In this document: positions 13,226 to 26,100 of the stretch, one piece after another | Numbering within the stretch: position 1 is the stretch's first letter | Layout: every line of letters starts with the position of its first letter | Source: Balanoglossus misakiensis | Taxonomy: Eukaryota > Animalia > Hemichordata | Length of the DNA stretch: 64,000 nt | NCBI GenBank assembly: GCA_040954595.2 | Contig: CM082584.2 | Location: forward strand, 6,452,110 to 6,516,109 | Reading direction: 5' to 3' | Program-made: the position numbers and the translations under genes | Notes under the pieces: model-generated | The model's database searches: none | Told to the model about the DNA's origin: nothing | What the model saw: only the letters and a program-made list of their open reading frames with translations

Positions 13226-14651
13226 GGGATTAAAATGAAGTGTTTGAAAAAGAGAAGAGTTCAAGTAGGAGTCCATAGTTGAATAACCCTTGACAAGATT
13301 AGTACCGAACTATACTAACAGAAAATGATTCACTTTGAAAAAATGTTACTAATCTTCTAAACAATGGCATTTTGGCACCGTACAAGGCTTTTTCAAAAAT
13401 CGTTCAATGACCACTTCATTTCATTTCATTCTGGGAGATTTCGTTTCGGAGTTCTAGTTCACGACGCCACTGTTTCTACTGCACTGAAAATCCTTACAAA
13501 ACAGCAGCCTGAAATTTTATACGGACAAGCACAATATTTGAGCCCAGAAGTGTTTCTCTTCAAACATGACCTTTCTCGGGTTATTACAAATGAACACACT
13601 ATACCAACAAACTCCTGAAAGACTCACATTTTTAGAATTTTTTTCACGAAGTCCAGAAGAATAACATTTTGAAAAGAGCTACTACCCTACAAAATGCCCA
13701 TGCAGTACACATTTTTATCTTTACATAAAAATCAGCTCAATAATATGTCATGATAGACCTCTCAGGAAATCTGAGCAATTAAACAGATCAATAAAGCTTT
13801 CATTTATTCTTTCCCTGTGCAAAAAATTATATTTTTTACAATTTTGCAAAAAAAATTATCGAAAAGAACAATTTGACAATATTTGTCATAGACAACAGGA
13901 CGCATACAATTTACAAAGCTCAATGAGGCCTTTCAGTTTCTTGGATTTCGTCATCTGGGTAAAAATAACAGCGTTGCAATACGCAGCTGTCAAACACTAC
14001 TCACTGTGTTGCAAAACCATAAGATTTTAATCAAATATTTTAGCTGTAGTCTGCAACAACACCCATGCTGTGTGGGTTGTTTCTGTCAACTTCTCAAACT
14101 GTTTTCATAAGCAACAGTTTGTGTTGCCTCCTAATCTTCTCACTGCTGAAAATCAGGCTGAAAATTAAATCCCGAGGATTTAACGCATACTGTGCCTAAA
14201 TTCAGAATCAGCGACTTCTTCGATTTGACACAAAGTTAAACATCACCATCAAAGGCCCATTGTGCAAAATATCTGCGATACAAAGACTTGTCCACAGCAC
14301 TCTCATTTCAGAACACCAAATTTATTTTAGCCTTCACACACTTTCCCTTATCCCTGGCAAATTGTATAATCGGGTCCACTTACCCGACAATTAGTAAAGC
14401 TTTTAGTATTTTGTAATTGTAACATAATGCCTGAGACACGCCTCTGAAAAGACTCACACTGCCGCCTGAAAAACCAGATCCTTCACAGAAACGCACCCCT
14501 GGGAGTCGTCAGCGCAATAAATTATGACCTCCACGAGATCAAGAAAAACCTTGATTCACAATCCCCTGACACCCATCCAATAAAATTCAGCAGTTGTCAA
14601 GGATTTTTCATCATTTATGATTTCTATTGTATATTTTTATCAATCTTTTAA

Positions 14652-15155
14652 AGGCACGTAAGCTGCAACTGGATAAAAAATCAATGTTTTAAATAATCTC
14701 ATATATGCTTTTAATTATATCTATTAAATGCTATTTCATGATAATATATCAAGCTCAACACTTATTTATGACAAAATGGCCAAAAATTAAAGAAAAACGA
14801 AAATTCCTGAAATTTTTTAAAAAGTGCAATATTGCAATGAAAAATGAAAATCTGATGTCTCAGTGGTGTACATTTACTTCCATGAGCTCAAGTGGATGAG
14901 ATCATGTTTTGTTTATGAAGTTTCACAACCAGAAATGCGACATTTTCATTGTTTCTTTCATTTTCCCACGGTGGCGGCCATAATCGCTTGCGGCAAAGCT
15001 TTATTATTTATCTGGTTAAAACTTGCATATGCACTCATATTTAGGGTTTATAATGCTTGTGTATAGTTCACTGCCTTCATCTGCATGGACTAATGGTAGA
15101 GCAGTGTGAAACAAAAATTATGAAAATTATCCCCAAAGTTACAGCTTACGTGCCT
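14652..15155. mobile_element. Non-autonomous DNA transposon, TTAA TSD (Kolobok-like)
   Basis: TTAA-AGGCACGTAAGCTGCAACT ... AGTTACAGCTTACGTGCCT-TTAA. Confidence 0.85.
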
Positions 15156-15803
15156 TTAATGCTTCCCTTCATGAAATATCAAACTATTTCTATACAACCC
15201 CCCCCCCCCCTCCTCAATTTTTTTTTTTTTTTAAACACAAAAAAAATGTTTTTAATTATTTAACATGAACAGCAAAATAGTTTAATGGTTACACAAACTA
15301 CTGGAACATGTCATGAATAAATAAAACAATTTCAGATTAGTCTTTTGGGAAATACAGAAGATTTTATTTGTTTCCTGACCAGCTGGCACATCTGAGTTTG
15401 GGTCGTGGTTTTATCGTTTTGTCAGGGATAGGGTTCTGTAGAAATATTAGTTTAATTGAGCCATATTCCCATGTGTACATGTATATCCACAGGGTAAATA
15501 ATTCATTAACAAGCAACCCTCAGTAAAGTAAGGACTACAGTTATATTACAAGACATGTTTTTTTACCATCACCCAAGTTATGACAAGTCGGCATATATAT
15601 TTGGTGGAATATTTACAAATCTGAAATGTTCTCATTTCTCATTCTTGTCTTCCTCTGAATTATCACTATTCACAAACTTTTCAGGTACACGTATGTATAT
15701 ACTTGCATTTGAAGGAAAAGCAGGAACTTTTCATCTCATATAAATTTTTGACGAAGGGCCTTTTAAGAAAGTGCTGACTTCACTGAGCATATATTCTCAA
15801 AAT

Positions 15804-16325
15804 GACAAACTGGGCCACTATAATAACTCCATTAGTCTAGAATCCAGACGTGTGTTTTTTTTCGCTATGCATGTGAGGAGCATTGCAAAAAAATAACATG
15901 AGTCTGGATTCTAGATTACATGTACATGCAGTTTAAATTGAGTTTGTGTTAAATGTCCTGTGTGCATTGTTTTAAAGGGACAAAGTCTCTCTCTCGCTGC
16001 CCTTTTTCCATTAATTATGTCTGATACAAGACACTGTTTATGTTATTTTACACGTGGATATATAGTGAATCAACGTTCAACAACATACACCTGCATCAAA
16101 CACAATCAATGGCAAAAGGGGCAGCGAAAGAGAGACAAACTGGGCCACTATAATAACTCCATTAGTCTAGAATCCAGACTTCTGGTGTTTTTCGCTATGC
16201 ATGTGTGGAGCATAGCGAAAAAACCCACACGAGTTTGGATTCTAGACTACATTCTAGGTACATGTATAACTTTACATGCAGTTTAAATTGACTTCGTGTT
16301 AAATGTCCTGTGTGCATTGCTTTAA
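15804..16325 (+). repeat. Direct duplication (15804-15975 / 16134-16325) flanking a truncated MITE; each unit carries a small hairpin element
   Basis: Both units start GACAAACTGGGCCACTATAATAACTCC and end TGTGCATTGYTTTAA. Internal TAGTCTAGAATCCAGAC inverted repeats at 15833-15918 and 16163-16249. Confidence 0.9.
15976..16136. mobile_element. Internally deleted copy of the AGGGACAAAG MITE
   Basis: Intact left TIR after TTAA (15972-15975). Right TIR present as GGGCAGCGAAAGAGAGAC but missing its terminal bases. Confidence 0.85.
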
Positions 16326-17131
16326 CTGCTCACTGCCTTCTGAATCATTGCGAAACACTGGGTTTTACTTGCCCAACTTGCTGCTGGCTATCAGTCATCA
16401 AACGTAAGATTTTTCCACGAAGTCACATGACACCCCGCGCGATGTAGGACACATTCTGTCAGACCAAAGATCATTTCACTTCTTTCTACAACCCACAGTG
16501 GAGGTGCCAGGATCAAGTAGCAATGGCTACGGTGGATTGTTTCAACACTCACTGCATATACACTCAGGAATTGAACTCAGGGAACAAAGGCCAGCCTATG
16601 CTGCCTGATCCCGACAAAGAACATATTTTACAGACATTTAACCAACCCCTGGCTGGCAGTGAGTCAAAAATGACACGTCTGCTATCAGACTAATACGGTC
16701 AATTGTTCACAACCAGTATTAAAACCCTTCCCAGAAGTGATCGTTGTAAAATGTAATCCGCTGTTGCCATGATCATAGACTGGAACTTATTATTGGTGGA
16801 GTTTTTACAACTACTGTAATGTCTGCTTCACTTCATACAATAAATTGCATCAGTAAAAATGCCACTGAGCACAAAAAAATAATTTATCACCATGGAGAAA
16901 CTGGGATGTGCAGGGATTCTGGCTCGGACAGACTGTAAGATCTTAATCACTGACAAAAAAAAAATAGATGAAAAAGTATAATTTATGGGATGATCCAGCA
17001 TGCGTATGTGCAGTTGGAATTTATAACATTTTTAAATGATGACTTGACAAACCTAGCACCCAATAGACAGTCAAACCTTCAAACCTGACAGCTATAGTAT
17101 CATATGTCGAACAGCGGTACAATTTACAATA

Positions 17132-17336
17132 TTGTAAAACACTTTATTTTCGCAAGTTGAAATTTTCGCGATATCGAGAGTGGCCGCTGTTTCGCGAGTA
17201 TGAATTTTCACATTCTCTTATTTCACTCACAGTTGCATCTTCAAAAAAAATTTACGCGACTTTTTATTTTCATGCTATCTTGGCTCTCGCGTATTTCGCA
17301 AAAATTTATTGCTCGCGAAAATAAAGTGTTTTACAG
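17132..17336. mobile_element. MITE, TA TSD (Tc1/mariner-like), CTGTAAAACACTTTATTTTCGCG family
   Basis: TIRs of ~25 bp flanked by TA. Related copies at 52703-52915 and 54891-55100. Confidence 0.9.
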
Positions 17337-19810
17337 TAGATGCTGGTTATCTTCAAGCCATACTCAAAAGATACTGTTCTGATATGCCAGTGGACTTGTG
17401 ATCTTAGCCTGAATAATGTTTGCATGCAGTGGCATAGAAAACCTGCAAACTGGTGCAAAGAGATTATTTGATTTAACTGGCTGGGTATCAACCAGGGAAT
17501 GTCTGGGTTAAGTGTAAAACTCATATTGTTGGAATACTTCACAACTGTGAAATGAGGTAAACACTAGCATGGAGTGCCTGGGATTTTAATTATCAGGTCT
17601 TTTTTTTCTTAAATGGGGTTGCTGGAATATCAATGTGAAAATTTACATTGCTAAACCCCACTGCAGTGGTTTCTACAATTTTAAAGATTTTTCAATTACT
17701 GTATATCATGTACCTGTATTTTGAAAGTCTACATCTAAGTCACCCGACACGTGCTATGCTAATTTGAATACACAAATTATAGTTTGGCGTGAAAGTTTGC
17801 ATTGAAGTACGCACTACAGTCTGTCCATTCAGATTACAGTCGCAAAATGTGACTCATGCATAGCAACACAAAAAAGCATGAGCATTACAGACACATTGGG
17901 TGAAAAAAAAAATCCCCTAATGAGCACCAAATAAAACAGCTCAGTACTGAGCATGCTCTGTTGTCACTGAGCATGCCCAGTGAGACTGTTCAGAGCATGC
18001 ACACAAAAACGGAGGCGACAGACCAGTAATTATTCAAATTGATCATGAATGCTTTTCATGTAGATGGTCTCGGTTCGTGCGATCACGTTGCAAAAAGCAG
18101 CATTTTTTTCAAAGAAAATCATACTTTCGTTATATTTCAAACATTTGTACTTCACGTCATTGGATCTGTGTCCCTGAAATTCATTCATTGCAGAAAGTGG
18201 TACATCACACTGAACCAAAATTTGACTCAGTGGGATTATACTGCCCTGAAGGCATCGTCACAGAGACAGATAAGACTTTAGACAGATAAGACAAAGTCCT
18301 AAAAGACAACAGTACCTGTCAATATTTTCCCTAGTGAAAAATGTGTCTTCCAATTACTTAAATTAAAAAAAAAAAAATTTTTAATGCACCAAGAAAAGGC
18401 ACACAGATCGAATTATACACCGGGTAATAATTAAAACCAATCTGGTTCGGTTTCATCAACTTGTCTGCACCAGTTCTTGGCTTTTGACAAACTTCTGTTC
18501 ACACACTTTCTGATCTAGTATACTATGTGTGGTCTAAAAAACAAAATAAGATATACCCTGGTATTCCTTTTTCATCAATCAAACCTGACTGGTTTTTATG
18601 GAGTTCAATAAATTCTCATTGACTGCAACCACTCGGGAATTCTAAGTAGCAAAGCATACGTGTAGGGTCGGCCATTTTACTATCGGGAGGGGGGAGGAGG
18701 TGTTAGGAAGATGTCTATGTATCTCCAGATTTTGTTGATATTCCGATCAAATACATGGCTACTTTTTGGTGCGTTCTTATTAAGTGTACCACATACGCTT
18801 TTTTGCCCCAATTCCCACCAAGAAAGGCTTGAACTGAACCAGAATTACATGTACATGTATGCTCTGGATTTTGCGTGTCAGTCACCCTGTAAACGACATT
18901 TCGTCAAAATTTATGTTTCAATCCACGAAATCAACGCACCGTATCTTCAATACAGAATATGAATACATTGGCACTTTCCCACAAAAATGTTGATTCACTA
19001 GACTGAAGTATCATCATGTTCAATTTTAACATGTACTTGTTTTTATTTTTTAATGACACAATTACAATATGTTTTAATCTCTTGGCTGCGTTTTGCTCAT
19101 TTTTCCAACATACCGTAAGTTTGCATAGATACATTAACAGCTACTGTAACGAGAGTACAAATTAGGATAAAAAATTGCAAAATTGTATTTTTAAAGGAAA
19201 GTAGTGTGACAATATCTTTGAAAAATATTTTCCACTCATCTGTTAGTTGTCGGCCAAGCTCTGAAAATAAACACGCAGCTCAAAGCCTAAATTGTATTTT
19301 ATGAGTTATGCAGTGGAGGCTGACTTTTGTTAGCTTTTACACTCTGAAGAAAGATTGGGACACAAAACAAACTGATTGACTTAAACCTCTGATACTTCTT
19401 TTGAAATTGTACAGGAGTTAAGAGGGCAATGTGTTAGGTTTGCCCGCCATTGTCAACTTTAAACTCTGTTCAGTTTACATAAAAGCTGAACAAAGACGTG
19501 ACCTTCACCAAACAAGGCACATACGCGATTTTTTTCACTCCTACTAGGATATTCTGGTGGAAAGAAAATGGAGAGTGACAGTGAAGAGAAAGGTAAGGGA
19601 ATAAAAATGTTCGCGTTTTACATTAATTTTGTTATGTGTGATGTCCCATTTTGCCTGTAATCTGCGAACATTTTTTCTGAACTGTACACATCCAATTTCC
19701 AATGAAATTAGGATGTCCCAATTTCTCAGGACTACCAGTATACCTTTGTATGAAACATATACAATGTAAGATCTAAATAAGACTGCAGCTAAAAGCATAC
19801 AACTATATAT

Positions 19811-20055
19811 GAACACATACTGACCAGGAGCGTAATTTCTAGTGCTGCCCTGATCAACCGTTTTCCTCAGGAGCAAACAGACTGTAAATCCAGACCATTG
19901 CGATTGATTGAAGGTCATGATGCACCTTTAAGTAGTTTACAATCAACAGCTTAAACTTCTTCACACTTTTATTACTCACAGACATCTTTCACAGTGCGGG
20001 GATGAATAAGTAATAGATCTCTTTAAATCTACCTCTCACATCTGTCCCATTTCAA
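19811..20055. promoter_or_regulatory. Paralog-conserved non-coding block 4 (candidate enhancer)
   Basis: 4 mismatches and no gaps in 245 bp versus the reverse complement of 44636-44880. Confidence 0.7.
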
Positions 20056-23000
20056 ATGAGCACAAAACTTGACTGAAAAAAAAATTGCCACGCTTCGCAT
20101 ATATACAAATTAGCAATACTGAATCAAGCCTACAATGACCCAGAAAGTCTAACTCCCCCACGAACACTGTAAAACCATTTTGCAAAGTATTCCTTTCTGA
20201 TTATAAATAACGAGAGTCAAAATTTGATAACAGAATTGATACACGTTTCCACAATCTATAGATCAGTAGATTATATTAATTCTATCTCCCATACCAAAGA
20301 AAGTATAGTATTTTACGAGAATGCTGAATATAACCGAACATAAACTTCAAGTTCAACGGCACGAAACATCACAAACACCAAATTACAGAAATCACCAGCT
20401 GACTGACAGCCAGCTTATTTACTAAACCAGAGTCGAACTCCCCTAAATGTCAAATTGTCACCACATGTGCTATTGATAAAATGGGACTGTCAATGGATCT
20501 GCCACCAAATAAATGCATCAAAGCGGTAAAGGTCTATTTATAATACACCAGTTATTTCCGCAGATTTAGCCGACCACGCTTCATTGGACACATGAGTTTC
20601 ACCCTGTCAAAAACTGTCAAACTGATTTCTGAAAGTTGTCGACGATTTAAACCGGCATGTAATTGGCCGCCATTACTTAGATTTACGGGATCCATGTTAT
20701 CTGCGTCTTCCCTGGCAGAAAAAATTATTTTCAGTGATGCTGTCAAAAAAAAATGTTGGCTGGTAGCAATCTTCTCCAATGCAAGTTATCATTCAAAGGG
20801 CATAATTTACATCATTGTCTCATTTGAATATCTCCATGGAAACTGGAATCACATGTAAATTTGGGGAAAAAGATACTGGAACATAAGGACATGTTCAGTT
20901 TATCAAACTGTAGGAAGGGAGATTTCTGCAAATTCCAACATGAAAGTGAATCTTTATACAGTACAAATATTATGCAAAACTTTGCTTATGAAAAAAAAGT
21001 GAAACTTATACTAATACATGTACTAGTACCCATATCGTAAAGACAAAATGAACACACTCTTGAAATTTCAAAGCAAATCCAGTCACTGTCATCACAAAAA
21101 CGCTGATGAAATTCACCTCCATACTAATTATTTAACTGCACAAAAATGATATGTCGAACAGCGCAAAAAACTAGTCTGAGACTATAAAAGTTACAGTGCA
21201 CGTAATTTGCATGTTTGAGAGAAGATAGCCTGTACATTGCTGAAATGAAAGTTTAACCATCAGCCGTAAAAATAAGCAGTTTTGTTGTGCGACACTGAAG
21301 CTTAAAAACTAAAATGAACACTGCGTTAAAAGTTTATAGTTGCCTGTAGACATAAATCATTTTCACTGCAAATTACACCCACCATGGTTGTTTCGCAGAT
21401 TTTGGAGAATTTGCATTTTAAAGAGGATTTTGACTTTTTCCCCCTTTAAATACTGACACGTTTATTTTCCTAGAATTTTAGAGAAGAAAAAAGAAACGTC
21501 ACGAAAAGACGCAGACTTACGTGAATTTAATTACCGAACGACAAAATAGGCTGAGAAGCGTACAGAAAAAATGGCATGCATAGAATACGCTCGCTTTTTA
21601 TTAACTCAATTGCGAATTAGCACCTGGAGCCGCAAATTCTTACCTAGGTCATCAGTAATGCTCGTTGCAGATAATCAAATTATCGAACAGTATCTAAAAA
21701 TAGCCGGAGAATGGGACAGGTGCATCAAAGCATGCTGGGAAATTAATGCAACTCGCTAGATGCCAGCCATCGACTCAAAGAACAGAGACTCAGTTCTGGA
21801 ATGCCAATCCGACGAGTAATAAGCTGCTGTCCTCACTTAATTAACTTCCAAAATTAAAAACTGGAATTAGAAAATACTTGCGGCGTACAAAACGACTCGG
21901 TGATTAAAGCCTGAATCACAACCAGTTTCAATTAACTTGCAACAGCACAGAGAAATTGTCATTGTAGTTTATGCATTATGATAGAATGGCACCTTGGGGA
22001 TAGCTTTTGTTCAGAAAAATGATTCTCTTAAGTCTTACAAATCGTTCTATCTTTTGTTATATTGAGGATGTATTATGCGTACTTTTAGAACGCCAAATTT
22101 GCCTTTTCCCAGAAAATCCCACTTCTATTGCCAATTTCATATTTTATACATAATCCAGCCAAAAGAAATTAACTTAAATGATTGAATACAATATTAATAC
22201 ATGTGGTCACTGTTCTTAGTTTTAAGATAACCTTCAACAAAAGATTATGCCTATAGCTAACAAATGGTGAAGAAATGCTGACTCAGCAATTTTTTTTACT
22301 ATAGCTAAACTCATAGCTTTGTATTTCACAAACTAGCACATTGACCCTTATTTTTTAAACAGAATTTGGTAACACTTACAAAGGAGAATTTAAAAATCAG
22401 TAATTAGAAGAATTAGCATCACTCTGAGACTCTCCCCAAGCACACATCCTTAGCATCATTATAAAGAATTTAAAATAATATCTGTGATCATTGAAAGATA
22501 TTTTGAGGTCAACTCAACAAATGATAAAAGGCCCTTGAAGTTTGTATGGTACTCTGCAACCAAAGCTATTAAGCAATCTATATATGTTCGACACTTTGGT
22601 TACTTTACAGAAATAAACAATCAATGTTCCACTTCCATCAATAGACCCACGTAAAAAAAATCTACTGACGTGCACAGCTAATAGTATCCGCGAACTCAGA
22701 TCCTGCAAAACTACAGGCGGGAAAGAACATAGTGTTAATTACCTCAGAAGTCAGTTTGCTCATTGTCTGCCCACTCTCTCTACATATTGGTTTTTGAATG
22801 CACAGCTATGCATGTGTAATTTGAAATCAGCAGCAAGGTCTTTTACCGAGCGAGAATTTTATACACAGCACAAGGCTACGAGCAGATCGATGACAAACAA
22901 ACAGGGCTTTCTGGCGCTCGTCTGACAGGAAAGTGCTTGATAAACTGCAGTAGTGGAGGCTTCTAGTCGATCTACAAGTGTATAAGTGTTTCGCGGATAA

Positions 23001-23195
23001 ACGCTGATAACACAAGAATCATCTTCATGGCCGGTGTGTATGGACTGGGTACATTATTGAGAGAATGACAAGTATTTATGTCAACTTAAAAACGTTTTCT
23101 GTTCAAGTTTAAAATTCAAAACTTACAGTGAAGAACAATTACTGTTGAAAAAAAGTCTCTCCCTGCAAAAATCTCGGAGGTTGACAGGCAGTTTA

Positions 23196-23383
23196 GGGAA
23201 GAACCATTTCATTTCTGGGGGGGTGGGGGGTTTGGGTATGTCATCAAATTTTTTTTTCGATTGCCAGTCCACCCTTTTCCTCAAGACATTGCAGAAGAAA
23301 ATTGTTTTCCTCTGCACCACCTGCCAACAATTTTCCCCCCCAAAATCATCCATCCCCCCTCCAGAAATCAAATGGTTCTCCCC
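23196..23383. mobile_element. MITE, TTA TSD (PIF/Harbinger-like)
   Basis: TTA-GGGAAGAACCATTTCATTTCTGG ... CCAGAAATCAAATGGTTCTCCCC-TTA. Confidence 0.8.
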
Positions 23384-24499
23384 TTATGACAGCCCAGCCC
23401 TGTAAAGATGTGGGTTAATCAGGAGGACATACATCATTACTATGCCCAAATATATCCAGACCAGTTTAACTGATACAGTTATGCACGAGGGGTTCAGGTT
23501 TGACCTAAGAATGGGTTGAGTATAAAATTGTATTGTGGGTGCATTACCCTAGCCTTTATTAATCTCTGCAGTCTGAGCATAAACTATTGGTTTTGGCCAT
23601 AGAGCAGGACACTTGTTAATTCCCCTGTCCCTGAATCAGACACGGACTTCAAATTTATAAGTGTTGATACAGCCCCAATCTAAACCCAAGAGAGGATTAT
23701 TTCAGCCACGGCCAGGTCCGCCATGAATAGTGCATAAGAAAATCAAGTGGGCGAATTCTTCCGATACGAAATCAGGAATTCTGGGTGGCCTAGTTTATCC
23801 ACAATTGATCTTTTGTTTAAAATTTACATATGAATGCACATCACATCCTCCGGACTGAAAAGCAGGGTGGACGTATCCTTCTTAAAAACCCCTTCTGGAC
23901 TATACTCTCTCAAGGTTGAGTCACGGCATGCTCTTTGCAGTACTTATAAAAAAGACGCCAACTTCAATCTCCCGGTGTTCATTACTTGATTCAATGCGTC
24001 TATGAAAAGAACACTACGCGCTTGTGCGCGCGCGCGGAAAAGTACACAGGTACGTGATGGGTACAGACTGGATGACAACCTTATAATATACCACTTGGGC
24101 TAACTCTTAAAAATATAAATTATTTGAACAACTAAATAATTTAGTATACGCAAGATCGAGCTGTGATGCACTTGTTGAAAATTCCTGGGCAACTAGAGCA
24201 TGCATCAGATAATTGTCCGATTTGCACACCAGATCCGCTCATCTAGTTGGCAATCAGTTGGGGACATAGCCATATTTTACATGTACGTGTAATAATTTCA
24301 GTAAATCAAAAATGTGCACGGTGAAAAGAAAACGATGCTAGGAGGAAATCCCGACTTCTAATATCACCCCGGACTCCACGGCATGAATCTATTTTTAATG
24401 GTTGACATAACACCGGCTTTATCAGATCATTTGTAAAAGTTCCCCGCGGCAGTATTCTATCGAAGCCGACGGGATCATGTTTGTGCGAGATAGCTCCAT

Positions 24500-26100
24500 T
24501 AGCTATGAAATTTCAACTAAAATCATGGTGTACAAAGTAGGCGACGGCGGGCGGTAGTTGTTGACGGTGGTAGGAGGTCGCCGAGAATTACCAGTGAACG
24601 ATATCTGTACTGATTTTTTTTTCACTCTACCGCTACTTCTGTCTGCAGTCCACGAAATACCATACCGTCTCCTTTTCCTAAATATCCTCGTTATAAGAAT
24701 ATAGCCTATCTCTCAGCAGGCAAGGTGATTCGGGGTTATTACAGGGTGAAGTGTCTGACAAGGTCGTTTTCGTACTTCTAATGATCGTTTCGGCCGTGAC
24801 ATCTCCCAGGTCGCGATTCTCGAGACCCAGTGAATATTTATGTTGAAAAGCCGCAGCAGCGATTGACTCTCCTCCCATAAATCTAGCCGATGCAGATTTC
24901 TCCGGCTCCATCGACGCGACGCGATCAGTGCGTACCACGCGCGCGCGCTCGCTGCATCTCTCCTGTCGGTTTCAGAGATACAGGCAAGCCCTCTGAAGCA
25001 ATCATACAAACCCGGCAGAGAATTCCTCTCGTGTGCTCTTGCTTGTAGTATTTAACGACTAGGCTTTACGGGTTGTAAACTTGTTAAACTCCACGTTGTG
25101 TGCGAAGTTGTTGATCATGCAAGATTCACGTGTTTGTGTGTACTCCGCTCTAAGTTTACGACCCCATAAAAAAACTCGATGATGAAGAACATAAAATTAC
25201 TATCGAGATTTGACAAGCGAGACGTCTTTCAGTTGTGAAATCTATCGCGTTTAAAGACCTTTCATCGTGAACATCTGAGCGGGCAAATTCACACACACAC
25301 ACACGATCTTCACAACAGAACCACTTCACACGCACAAAAATGTGACCAGCCCCTTCAGCAGACCGGGTTTCAGTGCAGTGTGTGCAATCTACCGAGGATC
25401 TCATCGCCCGTCAAACCCATACCATTACCACGGTCAATTTACATCAAATTCTGACGTTTCCACGCGCCCATTTAACTCAAAACCAACGCGGACAACTTCT
25501 GAAAACCAGTCACTACTCAGTTTCTCCGACCGATCACAGGTTATTCCGACAGAAGCGGCCACGGCGCGCGACGAGATTCTGCTATTGTTTCGAGGTGTCA
25601 GACGCCCTAATAACAAGTTGACCGCCGCGCTGCTAGAGCCCGGCGCGCCCGCTAGCCACCCACCCCACCACGGAAATTTTAAGCAACACACACCGCCTCA
25701 AAGCCGAGACAAAGAGCATCTCCAAGCGATCGACAATACCTACCAGCTGTATATATATAGTATCCAAAGTAATTCGTGTATTCTTCACCCATTCTCACAA
25801 CTGAACGGGGCGGAGGCTGCACTCTTGGTCGGCATTCCAAGGCATACTTAAAAAGTGCAAGACTTTCAAACTACGTAAATGACGATTTCCGCAGCGGACG
25901 CAAACTGTCTCAAGGCCCCCTATGCACGTGGACAAAACCAAACAGCGTGGTTGATGATCATGATACACTACTCGCGCCAACGCAACACCAGGGTATATGC
26001 TTTCAGCCGATCTATTATATCGCATATAAAACAAATCACACGAGGTTCATGCGTCACGGCCAAGAACACTGAAATTACAATAAAATGAATCAACGTCAAA
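24500..26100 (-). promoter_or_regulatory. CpG-rich putative promoter / 5' leader of the left paralog
   Basis: Local CpG enrichment, TATA-like run at ~25750-25760, GC box GGGGCGGAG at ~25807, and homology to 42010-42530. Confidence 0.55.

Larger units (their letters stand above)
1..25800 (-). other. Inferred 5' portion (promoter, non-coding first exon, first intron) of an FGFR paralog transcribed leftwards; coding exons would lie beyond the window's left edge
   Basis: Inferred from mirror homology to the region upstream of the FGFR exons at 60899-63060. CpG-rich region at 24500-26100. Candidate donor ACG|GTATGG at 24666/24665 (- strand). No coding exon of this gene is visible in the window. 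Confidence 0.5.

Noticed and set aside
25342-25851. 169-aa + strand ORF
   Set aside because: GTG start in a GC-rich promoter-like region, no recognisable domain, and not preserved in the right-arm mirror.
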